From Octopus vulgaris (taxonomy: Eukaryota): a stretch of 64,000 nt of DNA. This document shows, piece after piece, positions 12,641-25,841 of the stretch (position 1 is its first letter; every line of letters starts with the position of its first letter). The stretch covers positions 53,506,001-53,570,000 of the forward strand of contig OX597832.1 in NCBI GenBank assembly GCA_951406725.2, given 5' to 3'. The notes beneath the pieces are model-generated. The model ran no database searches. It was not told the DNA's origin and saw only the letters and a program-made list of their open reading frames with translations. Made by a program: the position numbers and the translations under genes.

Positions 12641-13036
12641 TAATTGTATCTGTATCATAATTCTTTCTATGAAAGTAATATCTTCTATAAGATTATCTTA
12701 CAATTAATAAAACATAATGCATGTGCTCTTTGTGTCGCTAGTAGAAGACTAAAGCAGCAAAAAGGAGTGAGAGTGCGTGACTAAATGCAGGTGAACTGTA
12801 GTAAAAAGTTTTGCTCTGACATTGCTGGTATTTTAATCAAAATAAAACTACACCTTTTTATTGTAAATACACTCTCAGAGTGGTTGGCGTTAGGAAGAAC
12901 ATCCAGCTGTAGAAACTCTGCGAGATCAAGATTGGAGCCTGGTGCAGCCATCTGGTTCGCCAGTCCTCAGTCAAATCGTCCAACCCATGCTAGCATGGAA
13001 AGCGGACGTTAAACGATGATGATGATGATGATGATG

Positions 13037-13646
<610 letters not shown>

Positions 13647-14190
13647 ATGATTGAACACCATGCATCCTCTTCGAAGTAAGTTTTATCATACACACACACA
13701 CTTACCTACCCACCTACATACATACAAAAAATCTTCATCATTTCATGTCTGCCTATTATGCTGCCAGTGTGGGTTAGAGGATTTTGGTAGGAACCAACCA
13801 GCCAGAGGACCGAATGAGCTCCAGAGTCTGTTTTGGCTTGGTTCCTACAGGTGGATGCCCTTCCTAACACCAACCACTTTACAGAGTGTACTGGGTGCTT
13901 TTCTCAAGGTGCTAGCACAAGTGGGGTCACCCAGTAACTTGCGTGACAAAGATCTCTTGACTGAGTGGAGGCATAGTATTGAGGATAGGTGAAAGTATGA
14001 TAGAGGTAGAGGAACAAGTGTCTTGCTGAAGAAGAAAAGCATGGTTTCTCCAGCTAAAGAGAAAGTGAGAGAGAGAGACAGAGATGGTGAAGGTATACCT
14101 TCTAGGTACAAAGGGGGATATAAGCGAAAGGATAGGGAGAGAGGAACAGAAAGGGAGTGTGAAGGGAGAATAGCAGATGGGGACTGAGGT

Positions 14191-15193
14191 GAGCACAGTG
14201 TATGGGGCACACAGTGTATGGGGAACACAGTGTATGGAGCATACAGTGTATGGGGCATACAGTGTATGGGGCACACAGTGTATGGGGCATACAGTGTATG
14301 GGGCACACAGTGTATGGGGCACACAGTGTATGGGGCACACAGTGTATGGGGCACACAGTGTATGGGGCACACAGTGTATGGAGCATACAGTGTATGGGGC
14401 ATACAGTGTATGGAGCATACAGTGTATGGGGCACACAGTGTATGGAGCACACAGTGTATGGGGCATACAGTGTATGGGGAACACAGTGTATGGAGCATAC
14501 AGTGTATGGGGCATACAGTGTATGGGGCACACAGTGTATGGGGCATACAGTGTATGGGGCACACAGTGTATGGGGCACACAGTGTATGGGGCACACAGTG
14601 TATGGGGCACACAGTGTATGGAGCATACAGTGTATGGGGCATACAGTGTATGGGGCACACACTGTATGGAGCATACAGTGTATGGGGCACACAGTGTATG
14701 GGGCACACAGTGTATGGGGCATACAGTGTATGGGGCACACAGTGTATGGGGCACACAGTGTATGGGGCACACAGTGTATGGGGCACACAGTGTATGGGGC
14801 ACACAGTGTATGGAGCATACAGTGTATGGGGCATACAGTGTATGGAGCATACAGTGTATGGGGCACACAGTGTATGGGGCACACAGTGTATGGGGCACAC
14901 AGTGTATGGGGAACACAGTGTATGGAGCATACAGTGTATGGGGCATACAGTGTATGGGGCACACAGTGTATGGGGCATACAGTGTATGGGGCACACAGTG
15001 TATGGGGCACACAGTGTATGGGGCACACAGTGTATGGGGCACACAGTGTATGGAGCATACAGTGTATGGGGCATACAGTGTATGGGGCACACACTGTATG
15101 GAGCATACAGTGTATGGGGCACACAGTGTATGGGGCACACAGTGTATGGGGCATACAGTGTATGGGGCACACAGTGTATGGGGCACACAGTGT
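14191..15193. repeat. 16-bp minisatellite (ACAGTGTATGGGGCAY), ~62 copies
   Basis: Direct reading of the array; the 16-aa periodicity of the ORFs in all frames equals three units. Confidence 0.97.
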
Positions 15194-16598
15194 GGAGGAA
15201 GTATTGAGTATCAGGCAGTGAGCTGGCAGAATCATTAGCACGCCGGGTGAAATGCTTAGCAGTATTTCGTCTGCTGTTATGTTCTGAGTTCAAATTCCAT
15301 CAAGGTCAACTTTGCCTTTCATCCTTTTGGGACCGATTAAATAAGTACCGGTTATGGCCTGGGGTCGATGTAATCGACTTAATCACTTTGTCTGTCCTAT
15401 GTTTAGCCCCCTATGGGCAATAAAGAAATTAATATTGAATATCAGTTTCGGAGTGAGTGAAGGAACTAGGAGTGGGTTAAGGTCGCAAAGGTGGTAATAA
15501 GGGATAGTAATAGGGAGACAATGAGAAGTGTAGGGGGATAAATGTTATCATTCACAGCACCTGGGTGTGTTCAGCTCATGACTGTAAGGTTGTGAGTTCA
15601 ATTCCTGGAGGTACAGTGTGCTCTTGGGCAAGTCACTTTATTTCACACTGCTCCAGTTCACTCAGCTGACAAACGGGATTTGCACCTGTATTTCAAAGGG
15701 CCAGACTTGTCACATTCTATGTTAAGCCGAATCTCTCTGAGAACTACATTAAGGGTACCTGTGTCTGTGGAGTGCTCAGCCACTTGCACATTAATTTCAT
15801 GAGCAGGCTGTTCCATTGATTGGATCAGCTGGGACCATCATCGTCATAACTAACAGAATACTAATTAGTGCTGTAGCTAAAAGAGTGATGGAGGGATAGG
15901 TGTTAGAAGATAAGTTGTGGGAGGAAGCTTGATAGGACATTGTTTTTGCAGAGAAGGGTGGGTTCTGAAGCACAGCATATCTCTAATCATTTGTCTTGTT
16001 AAAAGTTTGCTCCCCAACCATGTGGTTTTGGGTCCAATCCGAGTACATGGCCCCTTGTCCTGAGCCAACCAAAGCCTTGTGATTGGAATAAGTGGACAGA
16101 AACTGTAAGACGCCCATTATGTGTGTGTGTGTGTGTGTGTGTTTATGTGTGTCCTTGTTTTTACACCATGTGATAATTGTAAAACAAATGTCCTTGTAAA
16201 AAAAGCAATGTAATTCATTTCTAGTTTTCCATGAAAATATGTCTGGCCATAGGGTAACTATTATCTTTTTGGAAACAGATGAGGGTTGGTGAGAGGAAAG
16301 GCATCCAGAAGTAGAAAATCTGCCTCAACAAATTGTGTCTGACCCATGCAAGCATGGAAAAGTAGGCATTGAAATAATGATGATGATGATTATGACCCCA
16401 CCACCACAACTGCTGCCAATGACAATGATGACAACATCAACAACGGCGATGGTCCCACGAATACTTGTCTGCATGTCTTTCTGCATGCATGTATATATCT
16501 GCTATTTTGTATCCATGTAAAGTCGACTTTTTGATAGTTATGCCATACTCAGACAAGTTTTATCTCCTTTCTGTCTTTTGTCAGGTAAAAGTTGAAAG

Positions 16599-16770
16599 AT
16601 GTTAGCACGTCTACAAAGAGCAAGTATTCTGTTGCTTGTAATTGTGGCTTTTGTAATCTGCTACCAAAGTATTATGGTAGGAAATCCCATTATTAACTAT
16701 TACCTTGGAACCAATAACACACAGTTAAGGTTAAATCTGAGTGCTTGCTTGAAGAATTCCAGAAAATTAG
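16599..16770 (+). CDS. GT7 beta-1,4-N-acetylgalactosaminyl/galactosyltransferase (bre-4/B4GALT-like), coding exon 1 (type II membrane anchor and short stem)
   Basis: Acceptor ttttgtcag|16585, ATG at 16599. MLARLQRASILLLVIVAFVICYQ is a short basic tail plus TM helix; ACLKNSRKL resembles CPEESPLL of beta4GalT1. Donor TTAG|GTAAGT at 16771, phase 1, matching the next exon. Confidence 0.8.
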
Positions 16771-16919
16771 GTAAGTGCCATTGAAAAATATTCTGCTATA
16801 CATTGTTGACACCATAAGGGTGTAGAAACTTTGAGAGAGTGTGAAATAATTATTTTTTGGAATGGGGAAGACTCAAAGTAGACAGGGTGACAACTTCTTT
16901 CAGTGATGGATAATCATGG

Positions 16920-17230
16920 GATTGAACCTAGGAAGTTTCCCTCTAAGGCACAAGTCCAGACAAGGTTGTTTATGTAAGACCAGCAGTCTTCACCCATGCA
17001 TATCAGCCTCACCTCTCCATGCCACCAATGTTATTCCAAGGGAAAGACAAAGCCTGATACAGCTTGGCACCAGTGACGTCGCAACTCATTTCTACAGCTG
17101 AGTGAACTGGAGCAACATGAAATAAAGTGTCTTGCTCAAGAACACAACACACAGCCCATCCCAGGAGTCAAACTCACTACCTCATGATTGTGAGCCCAAC
17201 GCTCTAACCATTGAACCATGCACCTTCACA
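16920..17230 (-). mobile_element. tRNA-headed CORE-like SINE
   Basis: GTGTTCTTGAGCAAGACACTTTATTTCA core; + strand relatives at ~35130-35290 and 35417-35720. Confidence 0.65.
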
Positions 17231-17588
17231 TGTAGATAAAGCTATAAATAAAAGCATGTGAATATTGGATTAAAAAGTCCTATGGAGAGAAAAAAATCAA
17301 ATGATTCCCAAGCCTACATCTCCTGCAGTCATGACAGACGTTCTACCACTAGACCAAAGCAGTATTTTGAATTTCTTTTTCCAGTTGAGAAACTTTATTC
17401 TTGCCAGCAAGAATTGTATGTTATTGAGGTTGTAGGCTTGGTTATGTGGTAAGAAGCCTGCTTCCCAACCACATGGTTCCTGATTCAGTCCCACTGCACG
17501 TCACCTTCAATCTTCTACTGTAGCCTTGGGCCAACCAAAGCTTTGTGAGTGGATTTGGTGGATGGAAACTGAAAGAAGTCTATTGTAT

Positions 17589-17825
17589 ATAGGGTGGACC
17601 AAAAGCAGGTATACACTTCAAATTTTTTTCATTTTATTACATTTACACTTATTTGTTACAATTACATTTATTCAACACAGTTTAATCTTGTAAAAGATCA
17701 AAATGTCCTCCATCAACATTGCAACATTCCTCAAAACTTTCCAGAACATTGTGACATACATACAGCAAGCAAAATAAATAAATTAATTTAAAATGTGTAT
17801 ACCTATTTTTGGCCCACCCTCTGTA
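17589..17825. mobile_element. Tc1/mariner-type MITE nested in the TA tract of SINE A
   Basis: TIRs AGGGTGGACCAAAAGCAGGTATACAC and GTGTATACCTATTTTTGGCCCACCCT; TA flanks. Confidence 0.7.
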
Positions 17826-17904
17826 TGTGTGTGTGCATGTGTCTTTGTATTTGTGTTTTTTTCCCCCCTCACCATTGCTTGACAAGTGGTATTGATGTGT
17901 TTGT

Positions 17905-18270
17905 GGAGGCGCAATGGCCCAGTGGTTAGGGCAGCGGACTCGCGGTCATAGGATCGCAGTTTCGATTCCCAGACCGGGCGTTGTGAGTGTTTATTGAGTG
18001 AAAACACCTAAAAGCTCCACGAGGCTCCGGCAGGTGATGGTGGTGATCCCTGCTGTACTCTTTCACCACAACTTTCTCTCACTCTTACTTCCTGTTTCTG
18101 TTGTACCTGTATTTCACTCTCTGTGTCACGCTGAATATCCCCAAGAACTACGTTAAGGGTGCACGTGTCTGTGGAGTGCTCAGCCACTTACACGTTAATT
18201 TCATGAGCAGGCTGTTCCGTTGATTCGGATCAACCGGAACCCTCATCGTCGTAACCGACGGAGTGCTTCC
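17905..18270 (+). mobile_element. tRNA-derived SINE family B (tail type 1) nested in SINE A
   Basis: Head GGAGGCGCAATGGCCCAGTGGTTAGGGCAGCGG...GTTTCGATTCCC; TSD ATTGATGTGTTT at 17891 and 18271. Confidence 0.88.
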
Positions 18271-18486
18271 ATTGATGTGTTTATGTCCCTGTAACTTTGT
18301 GGTTCAGCAAAAGAGACCGAGAGAATAAGTATTGGGGTTGATTTGTTCGACTAAAAATTTCTATGAGGCGGTACTCCAGCATGGTCACAGTCTGGTGACT
18401 GAAACAAGTAAAAGATAACAAGATAAACATTCAAAAGAGCGTAAATTTATTTGAGTCTCACAGGCAGCCTTCAGTTTTTGTAAATA

Positions 18487-18763
18487 TAACTTCTTGGGGA
18501 ACTGAATCTCGAAGCAGATAAAGCTAGAAATAATAGTGTGTGAATATTGAGTTAAAAAAAAACAAACCTACTGGATTTTTAAAAAAAAGTCAAAAGGCTG
18601 CCCATGGGATTTGAACCTACATCCTCTGTAAACATGACAAATGTTTTACCATTGAACCAAGCAACCTTCAACTTTTTCCATCCATAGAGTCTTTAACCCT
18701 ATATTTACAGGTTATTTTTTATAGCTTTATCTGTTTTAAGTTTCACTGTTCCAAAAAGGAATT
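18487..18763. mobile_element. Fold-back element with a central tRNA-like sequence
   Basis: Imperfect ~80-100-bp inverted arms (CAGATAAAGCTA / TAGCTTTATCTG) around a cloverleaf at 18596-18666 (-). Confidence 0.6.
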
Positions 18764-19486
18764 ATTCTGCTATTCTTTTATTCTTTAACTTGTTTCTGGC
18801 TTGTTAGCATTTTATTTGTCTGTCTGTATATATCCCATAATCCCATAGGATGGTAATGTTCTCTCATGCTCTGACTGATTTTGGATGGTGTTTATACCAG
18901 TTCTTAGGGTGCGGAATATCATAGCGATGGCATATGCCCCAGTGCAAGCATTGATCAATTTGTAGTGACGTCATATTCCAGTGTGCACACACGCAACGTC
19001 ATTCTTCAGTGTGCGTGTGCGGGGTTGGAACCTTCTGGAACCTTCTGGAAAGGCATAAGGAAGTTCCCTCATGCACATGCGCTAGAAACTGAAGAATAAA
19101 TTCTATAGCGTTCCTTAATAGCGTTGGGGACTTGAGACACGGCGATAGAAGGTGTTCAGCCTATTCTCCTGTCCCAGACGCTTAGGATTTAACCTGTTCT
19201 ATTGCTGCTGAATTAATTGTAAGAAGCTTACAAACGTTTGAATTCAGCCTTGCTGTGTTGAACTAGGTGGATACCAGTATACCATCGTGTTTCATTGTTG
19301 AAGAAGAGAATAAAGAATTGTATATATTTCTAAACTTGAGTTTCGTTCCTGACTGGTAGTTTCTAGAAACAAAAAGAAAGGAAATTGTGTTGCACCCAAG
19401 TTGCACCCCAAAAGTGTAAAGAAGCAACCAGTTCCCATTACAAATTCAACTGTACCTGGTTTTATATTCTGTAGGGGCAACGACTA

Positions 19487-19800
19487 AGCAACCCTCAACA
19501 ATGTAGTCAATGCTCTCAAGTTTGTCATTTCAGAGTTTACACTTTGTGTCTTCTTCATTGTATGTGACATTAGCTCGGTAGTTCTGGGTGAGGAGGTTCT
19601 CGTCTTGTGCCACTAGGATAAACCCTTCTGTTTCAGCATCCAAACCAGCACTCTGCAACCACTGATAGGTTCTTCTCATATCTACATCAGCTTCCCCAGC
19701 TCATTTGGGGTATCGCCCATGCATTGGTGTTTGTTGTCACAGTCTCAACATTTCCTTCAAGTGTTCCTGTTTGGCTTTTGTTTTACACTTTTTCGCTGCC
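19487..19800 (-). mobile_element. R4/Dong-clade non-LTR retrotransposon fragment
   Basis: PMHGRYP..TYQWLQSAGLDAETEGFILVAQDENLLTQNY..KCKL*..ESIDYIVEGC. Confidence 0.7.
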
Positions 19801-19981
19801 TTAGTAGGTGGTGTATCCTCATTATCATTATAATAATCAAGGAGGTTAAGCTCTTGTCTAAGTTACAGGGGCGTAAACACACCAGCTTTGGTTGTCAAGC
19901 GATTTTGGGGGGACAAACACAGTCAAACAAACATATACACACACCCACAACTGAAAGAAGCCCGTCGTGTATATGTATATA

Positions 19982-21090
19982 CAGTTGCGGCCAAAATGTT
20001 CAGAACGGCATTGTTTTCGTCAGAAAAGTAGATATAATTTTTTATTAAAGTTGTTTTATATTCTATAATTTTCACAGACAATAAATACGATATTATTTGT
20101 TATTGCATGAGATTTTGGTGTAATTTGAGAGGATAATACAAAATTTATGGATGATTTAGTGATTTACTGCAAAACCCATGGTGGCCAAAATGATCAGAAC
20201 GGTTGCTTTTACTCCGTGTTTTAGTATATTTAACCGGCGAACTCTAATGTTTTGAATTTGTTTACGTGACGGTTCATTTACTAAACATTAGTAAGAATAT
20301 TTACAGTGTACTTTGTTAATATAATGCCACTTACTCCGTTACCAATTCGTCAGCAGATTATTAAGCTTCGACAAAGATTGTTAACAAGTCAAAAAGTGTT
20401 GTACACGGTATTCTTAAGATCTACGATGATTGTGGTTCGTTTGAAGCAAGAAAGTTTACAGGTAGGCCAAGAAAAACGACCAAGAGAGAAGATCGTGCTA
20501 TGGTAAAGTTGGTTAAAAAGGACAGATTTAAAACTGCTGCTGCTGTTTCTCGGAAAATGAGCGTTGTACTGAAGAAAACTTTATCTCGAAAAACTGTGTC
20601 TCGTCATTTAGTTGAATATGACCTACAAGCAAGAGCACCTGCAGTGAAGCCACTGATCAGCTCCAAGAATAAAAAGTGTCGTCTTATCTTTGCAACCGAA
20701 CATGTGTTGTGGTCTCAAGAAAAATAGCAAACGGTGCATTTCAGTGATGAATCTAAGTTTATGTTATTTGGCTCAGATGGGAAAAGGTACGTTCATCGAA
20801 AAGTAGGTGAAAAATTGTCGTCTTAATGCCTTAAGACTAGTGTTAAATTCAGTGGAGGAAGTGTCATGGTTTGGGGGATGATATCTGGAGATGGTGTGGG
20901 ACCTTTGGTGCGATTACATGGAAAGGTTAAATGCAGGAGTTTATAAACAACTTGTAAAAGATCATGTCTTGCCTGTGCTGAGAAATTCAACTAAGCAACC
21001 ACCCATATTCATGCGAGACAATGCCCCATGTCACAAGGCTAAGGTGGTCATGAACTTCCTCAAGGCTGAAAAGGTTATTGTTATGGATTA
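19982..21090 (+). mobile_element. Tc1-like transposon, 3'-truncated
   Basis: TA|CAGTTGCGGCCAAAATGTTCAGAAC with an inner repeat at ~20182; GRPRKTT, HFSDESKF, GGSVMVWG and FMRDNAPCH motifs with stops. Confidence 0.88.
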
Positions 21091-21274
21091 TTATTGTGTA
21101 GAAAGGATTATTATTGTGGTTGCCGATGTTGTTGTTGTTATTATTGTAAGTCAGTGAGCTGGCAGAGTCGTTAGAGCACCAAACAAAATGCTTAGCAGCA
21201 TTTCTTTCTGTCTCGTTACTTTCTGAGTTGTATCTGAAGATCTTATGCTATTGATTGGAGACGGAAACCAAATA

Positions 21275-21838
21275 TTGGGTTGTCCGGAAAGTTTGTGCCA
21301 ACTTTTAAAGATAAGAAAAAGGTCAATAAATACTTGCCATCACATTTTTAATCAACCAAATATGAACCATTTTGTTGCACAGTGCGTCTCCATCTTTCCT
21401 TTTACTCGAAAATATCCTCTTCCCAGAATCAAGGGGGTTTCATGGCAAAGAGTTCATCAAGGTATCTTTTTACGTCATCCAAGGAATTTATATTCTTACC
21501 ATTAAGACTATTCTGCAGAGACCTGAATAAGTGGAAATCCAAAAGAGCAATATCTGGTGAATATAGATGGTGGGGTAACACATCCCAGCCAAGCTGCAGC
21601 AATTTTTGTCTGGTTCCCAAAGCATCAAGTGCCAAATGAACTTTCTTGTCTTCCATTTTAAAGGGTTACAGAATTAACACAGGCTATAGGAACATAAACC
21701 TTCTTCCACGAAAAGATAGCCTTAACTGTGCTCTAAATGGAGGTGTAGTCAAATCCTATGTTATTGACTCAACCATGTTCTAAAATAAGTCGAAAGGTAA
21801 GCTACTATAAATTGGCACAAACTTTCCGGACAGCCCAA
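21275..21838 (-). mobile_element. Internally deleted mariner element
   Basis: TA-flanked TIRs TTGGGTTGTCCGGAAAGTTTGTGCCAA; N-terminal MEDKKVH fused to C-terminal WDVLPHHLYSPDIALLDFHLFRSL. Confidence 0.9.
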
Positions 21839-22178
21839 TATATATTTTGAGGATCAATCACTAAATTACAACAGAGTCTGTCAGGTGATTACCCCCATTC
21901 TCACCCCAGCTCTTTTCCTACACATCAAAAGTGTTGAAGGTATGTGTTTTCATTCTTCTTACTTCATTGAGAGCCAGGTTTTGTAATATTTCAAGTATTT
22001 GTCCATACCCTCAATTTGGATTTTTTTTCACATTCATAGCAAAGAATTTTTTTCTAACTTATTGAACTCTGATATGGGAAATCCTTATCATTGTCCCCTG
22101 AATGTTGTTTTTTAAAAATCTACCATGGATTGCTTGAAGATTACAAACTTCTTACATTTACATCCTTAGATCTTATAA

Positions 22179-22217
<39 letters not shown>

Positions 22218-22540
22218 TATAGAGGAAGAGAAGCCTATCTGATAAAAAGGTTCTCAGAATTATAAGTCAGTAAGGTTGCTCCCTTCTCACCAGGTGTCAA
22301 ATGTCATTTGATTGGTGAAAAAAATTATTTCAGTTGACTACATTAAACAGACAAAAGGGAAAGATAGTGGGAATTGATAGAATAACAACAAAACAATGAC
22401 AACCATTGTTGCCAGAATGCTTAGGAGTGGGAGAAGCATGATGAGAAGAAAATCAAGCCAATGATAAAAATAATGTTAGTATGTGTGTGGCAGGGGAAGC
22501 GATATGGGTTGTAGGAGATATACAATTCATCACATGATAA

Positions 22541-23142
22541 GGCAGCGAGCTGGCAGAAACGTTAGCATGCTGGGCGAAATGCTGACAGGTTTTTCGTTTG
22601 CCATTATGTTCTGAGTTCAAATTCTGCTGAGGTCGACTTTGCCTTTCATCCTATCGGGTCGATAAATTAAGTACCAGTTATGCACTGGGGTCGATGTAAT
22701 CAACTTAATCTGTTTATCTGTCCTTGTTTGTCCCTTCTGTGTTTAATCCCTTGTGGGTAGTAAAGAAATAGGTATTTTGTCTGCGGTTACGTTCTGAGTT
22801 CAAATTCCTCCGAGGTCGACTTTGCCTTTCATCCTTTCGGGGTCGATAAATTAAGTACCAGTTGCGCACTGGGGTTGATGTAATCGACTTAATCTGTTTG
22901 TCTGTCCTTGTTTGCTCCCTTCTGTGTTTAATCCCTTGTGGGTAGTAAAGAAATAGGTATTTTGTCTGCGGTTATGTTCTGAGTTCAAATTCCTCCGAGG
23001 TCGACTTTGCCTTTCATCCTTTCGGGGTCGATAAATTAAGTACCAGTTGCGCACTGGGGTTGATGTAATCGACTTAATCTGTTTGTCTGTCCTTGTTTGT
23101 CCCCCCTGTGTTTAATCCCTTGTGGGTAGTAAGAAATAGGTA
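22541..23142 (+). mobile_element. SINE-like family C with internal ~184-bp triplication
   Basis: Head GGCAGCGAGCTGGCAGAA; body GTTCTGAGTTCAAATTC repeated at 22608, 22791 and 22976. Other copies at ~8840, 15213, 29262, 53330, 57472, 58920 and 62938. Confidence 0.8.
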
Positions 23143-23238
23143 TATACATCACATGAATCTGGTGACCTTAGGATGAGATATGCCATTATATATAGGGGAT
23201 ATATGTATAGATATGTATATATGTATGTATGTGTGTGT

Positions 23239-23274
<36 letters not shown>

Positions 23275-23357
23275 ATACTGGCAGATTTGTATGTTTTCTG
23301 TATGTATTCTCATGTTACATATGCAGACATAGTTACATGTCTAAACATGTTCAGATA

Positions 23358-24641
23358 CAGGGGTTGGACAAAATAATGGAAACACCTTAACATTTCAAAC
23401 AAATTTATTTTAATATCAGGTAGGACCGCCTTTGGCAGTAATTACAGCTTGAATTCTATGAGGTATGGACTTGAAGTGCTAATTCTTACAGACTCGTACA
23501 AAGTTTGAATTGTTTCCAAAGGAATTTTTGTCCATTCTTCAGCTAAAACATTCTCCAGTTCTTGTAGTGATGATGGTGAAGGATATCAACTCCTTACTTG
23601 TTTTTCTGAAATGCATCATAAATGTTCAATAATATTGAGATCTGGGGACTGTGGTGGCCAGATAAGATGTTCAACTTCTCTAGAATGTTCCCTTGTGCCA
23701 TTCAGTAACAACTTAAGCTGTATGAATTGGTGCATTATCATCCTGAAAGACTGTGTTTCTCTCCGGAAACAGTTCCGCAACCATAGGATGAATCTGATCA
23801 GATAAAATGCTTAAAAAGTCTTGACTATTAATTCTGCCATGAAGGGAAACCATTGGGCTGGCGGATTTCCAAGATATAACCTCCCAGATCATCACATGTT
23901 TAACAGTTAGAAGAAGGCAGTCTGGGTCAGATGCTTCTTTTGGCTCTCTCCACACATATACTCAGCCAGTGGTCGGTAATAAGGTAAAGGATGACTTGTC
24001 TGAGAAAATAACATTCTTCCACTGCTTTAGGGACAATTCTGTAGGTTTTTACTCCACTCAAAACGCTTTGCAACATTTGTTTTTGAAAATAGTGGTTTTC
24101 CGATTGAGGCCTCCTGTGAAATCTGGCTTTGTGCAGCTCCTGGTGAACAGTTTTTGTGGAAACTGTGTTCTCGAGGTGGTTATTAAGCTCTGCAGTAATT
24201 TGGGGAGTTGTACTTTTGTGATCCTTTCTGATAATTCCTGTAAGGGTCCAACGGTCCCTATCTGAAAGTTTTGGCTTTCTTCCAGGTTTTTGTTTCAACA
24301 AGGAGGTTTTTCGTTCTTTCTCAAAGGCTGTCATTACTTTTGAGACAGTACTTCTTGATACATCAAACAGTTTGACTGTTTTCCTTATGCTAGCACCTGC
24401 CATACGAGCACCAACAATTTGATCTCTTTGAAAATCCGAACGATCTCTCATTTTAATGACTATTAATTACCTTTTTCTGATGATATCTGAAAAGAAACAG
24501 CAATTTTAGCAAAACATATTAAGCAACACTAATAATAAATTAAAAAACATAAAAATAAACAAGCTTTTGACAGTTTTATAGATATTTGAAAATTATGATG
24601 CTATGATGCTAGGTGTTTCCATTATTTTGGTCCAACCCCTT
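23358..24641 (-). mobile_element. Full-length degenerate Tc1 transposon
   Basis: TIRs CAGGGGTTGGACAAAATAATGGAAACACCT; HTH/GRKPKLS region, VFQDDNAPIH and WPPQSPDLNIIE motifs. Confidence 0.9.
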
Positions 24642-24845
24642 TATATTTAAATGATAAACTTTTGGGAAGTTTTACAGATTTTTATAGTTCCAGTGATGGA
24701 TTGGATCTGTAGTCTTCGAATTAGCTTTCTCCTTTCTAGTTTTGAGAAGCCTAATTTCTCAAGATTGGTGTTTAGGCAGTGCATTACATATCCCAGGCCC
24801 CCAATAATTACAGGTATAAACTGGAACTTGTAATCTGGATAGAGT

Positions 24846-25841
24846 ATGTATGTATATATGTATGTACATCACTCCAGTGTGCAGGTGTGCATGGCTAACA
24901 AAACGCCAACTAGCTCAAAACTGTGCCAGTCCCACATCTCTGTAACCTGATGTAGTGTTAGTAGGGGTTCACTCCCCCTGCTAGCGATGTAGTGTATACA
25001 AAGGGTGCAGAGTGTCGCACCTATAACCAGCTGGCACAGAATCTGCCTGGGGTTAAAGTAGTAGTAGTAGTAACACTCAACTGTCACTTTGATGTGGCAA
25101 CTGGCTTTACTGTTTAGTATACGTTACTGCTCTATCACTTACTCTTTTACTTGTTTCAGTCATTTGACTGCGGCCATGCTGAAGCATTGCCTTTAGTCGA
25201 GCAAATCGACCCCGGGACTTATTCTTTGTAAGCCCAGTACTTATTCTATCGGTCTCTTCTGCCAGACCGCTAAGTTTCGGGGACGTAAACACACCAGCAT
25301 CGGTTGTCAAGCGATGTTGGGGGGACAAACACAGACACACAAACATATACACACACATGCATACATACATATATATATACATATGTACGACAGGCTTCTT
25401 TCAGTTTTCATCTACTCAGTACTTCTTGATACATCAAAGATGGCCAGATAAGATGTTCAACTTCACTAGAATGTTCCCTTGTGCCATTCAGTAACAACTT
25501 AAACTGTATGAATTGGTGCATTATCATCCTGAAAGAATGCATTTCTCTCCAGAAACAGTTCTGCAACCATGTGATGAATCTGATCAGATAAAAAGCCTTG
25601 GCTGTTAATTCTGCCATGAAGGGAAACCATTGGGCTGGCGGATTTCCAAGAAATAGCCCTACAGATCATCACAGATCTGCACCCTTTGTATACACTACAT
25701 CACTAGCAGGGGGAGTGAACCCCTACTAACACTACATCAGGTTACAGAAATGTGGGACTGGCACAGTTTTGAGCGAGTTGGCATTTTGTTAGCCATGCAC
25801 ACTTGCACACTGGAGTGATGTACATACATATATACATACAT
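24846..25841. repeat. 166-bp inverted duplication (24846-25011 / 25676-25841) enclosing SINE and Tc1 pieces
   Basis: Arms are reverse complements with only a few mismatches. Confidence 0.85.

Noticed and set aside
13845-15293. Six long overlapping ORFs (329-482 aa) with Cys/His repeats
   Set aside because: They come from a stop-free 16-bp minisatellite open in all frames; not a zinc-finger or other gene.
17905-17980. tRNA genes at SINE heads (also 9148, 26918, 36528, 60837)
   Set aside because: They continue into SINE bodies, some with TSDs, so they are tRNA-derived heads.
18596-18666. Functional tRNA
   Set aside because: Anticodon loop lacks U33, the T-stem is mismatched and it is embedded in a repeat; kept only as a tRNA-like finding.
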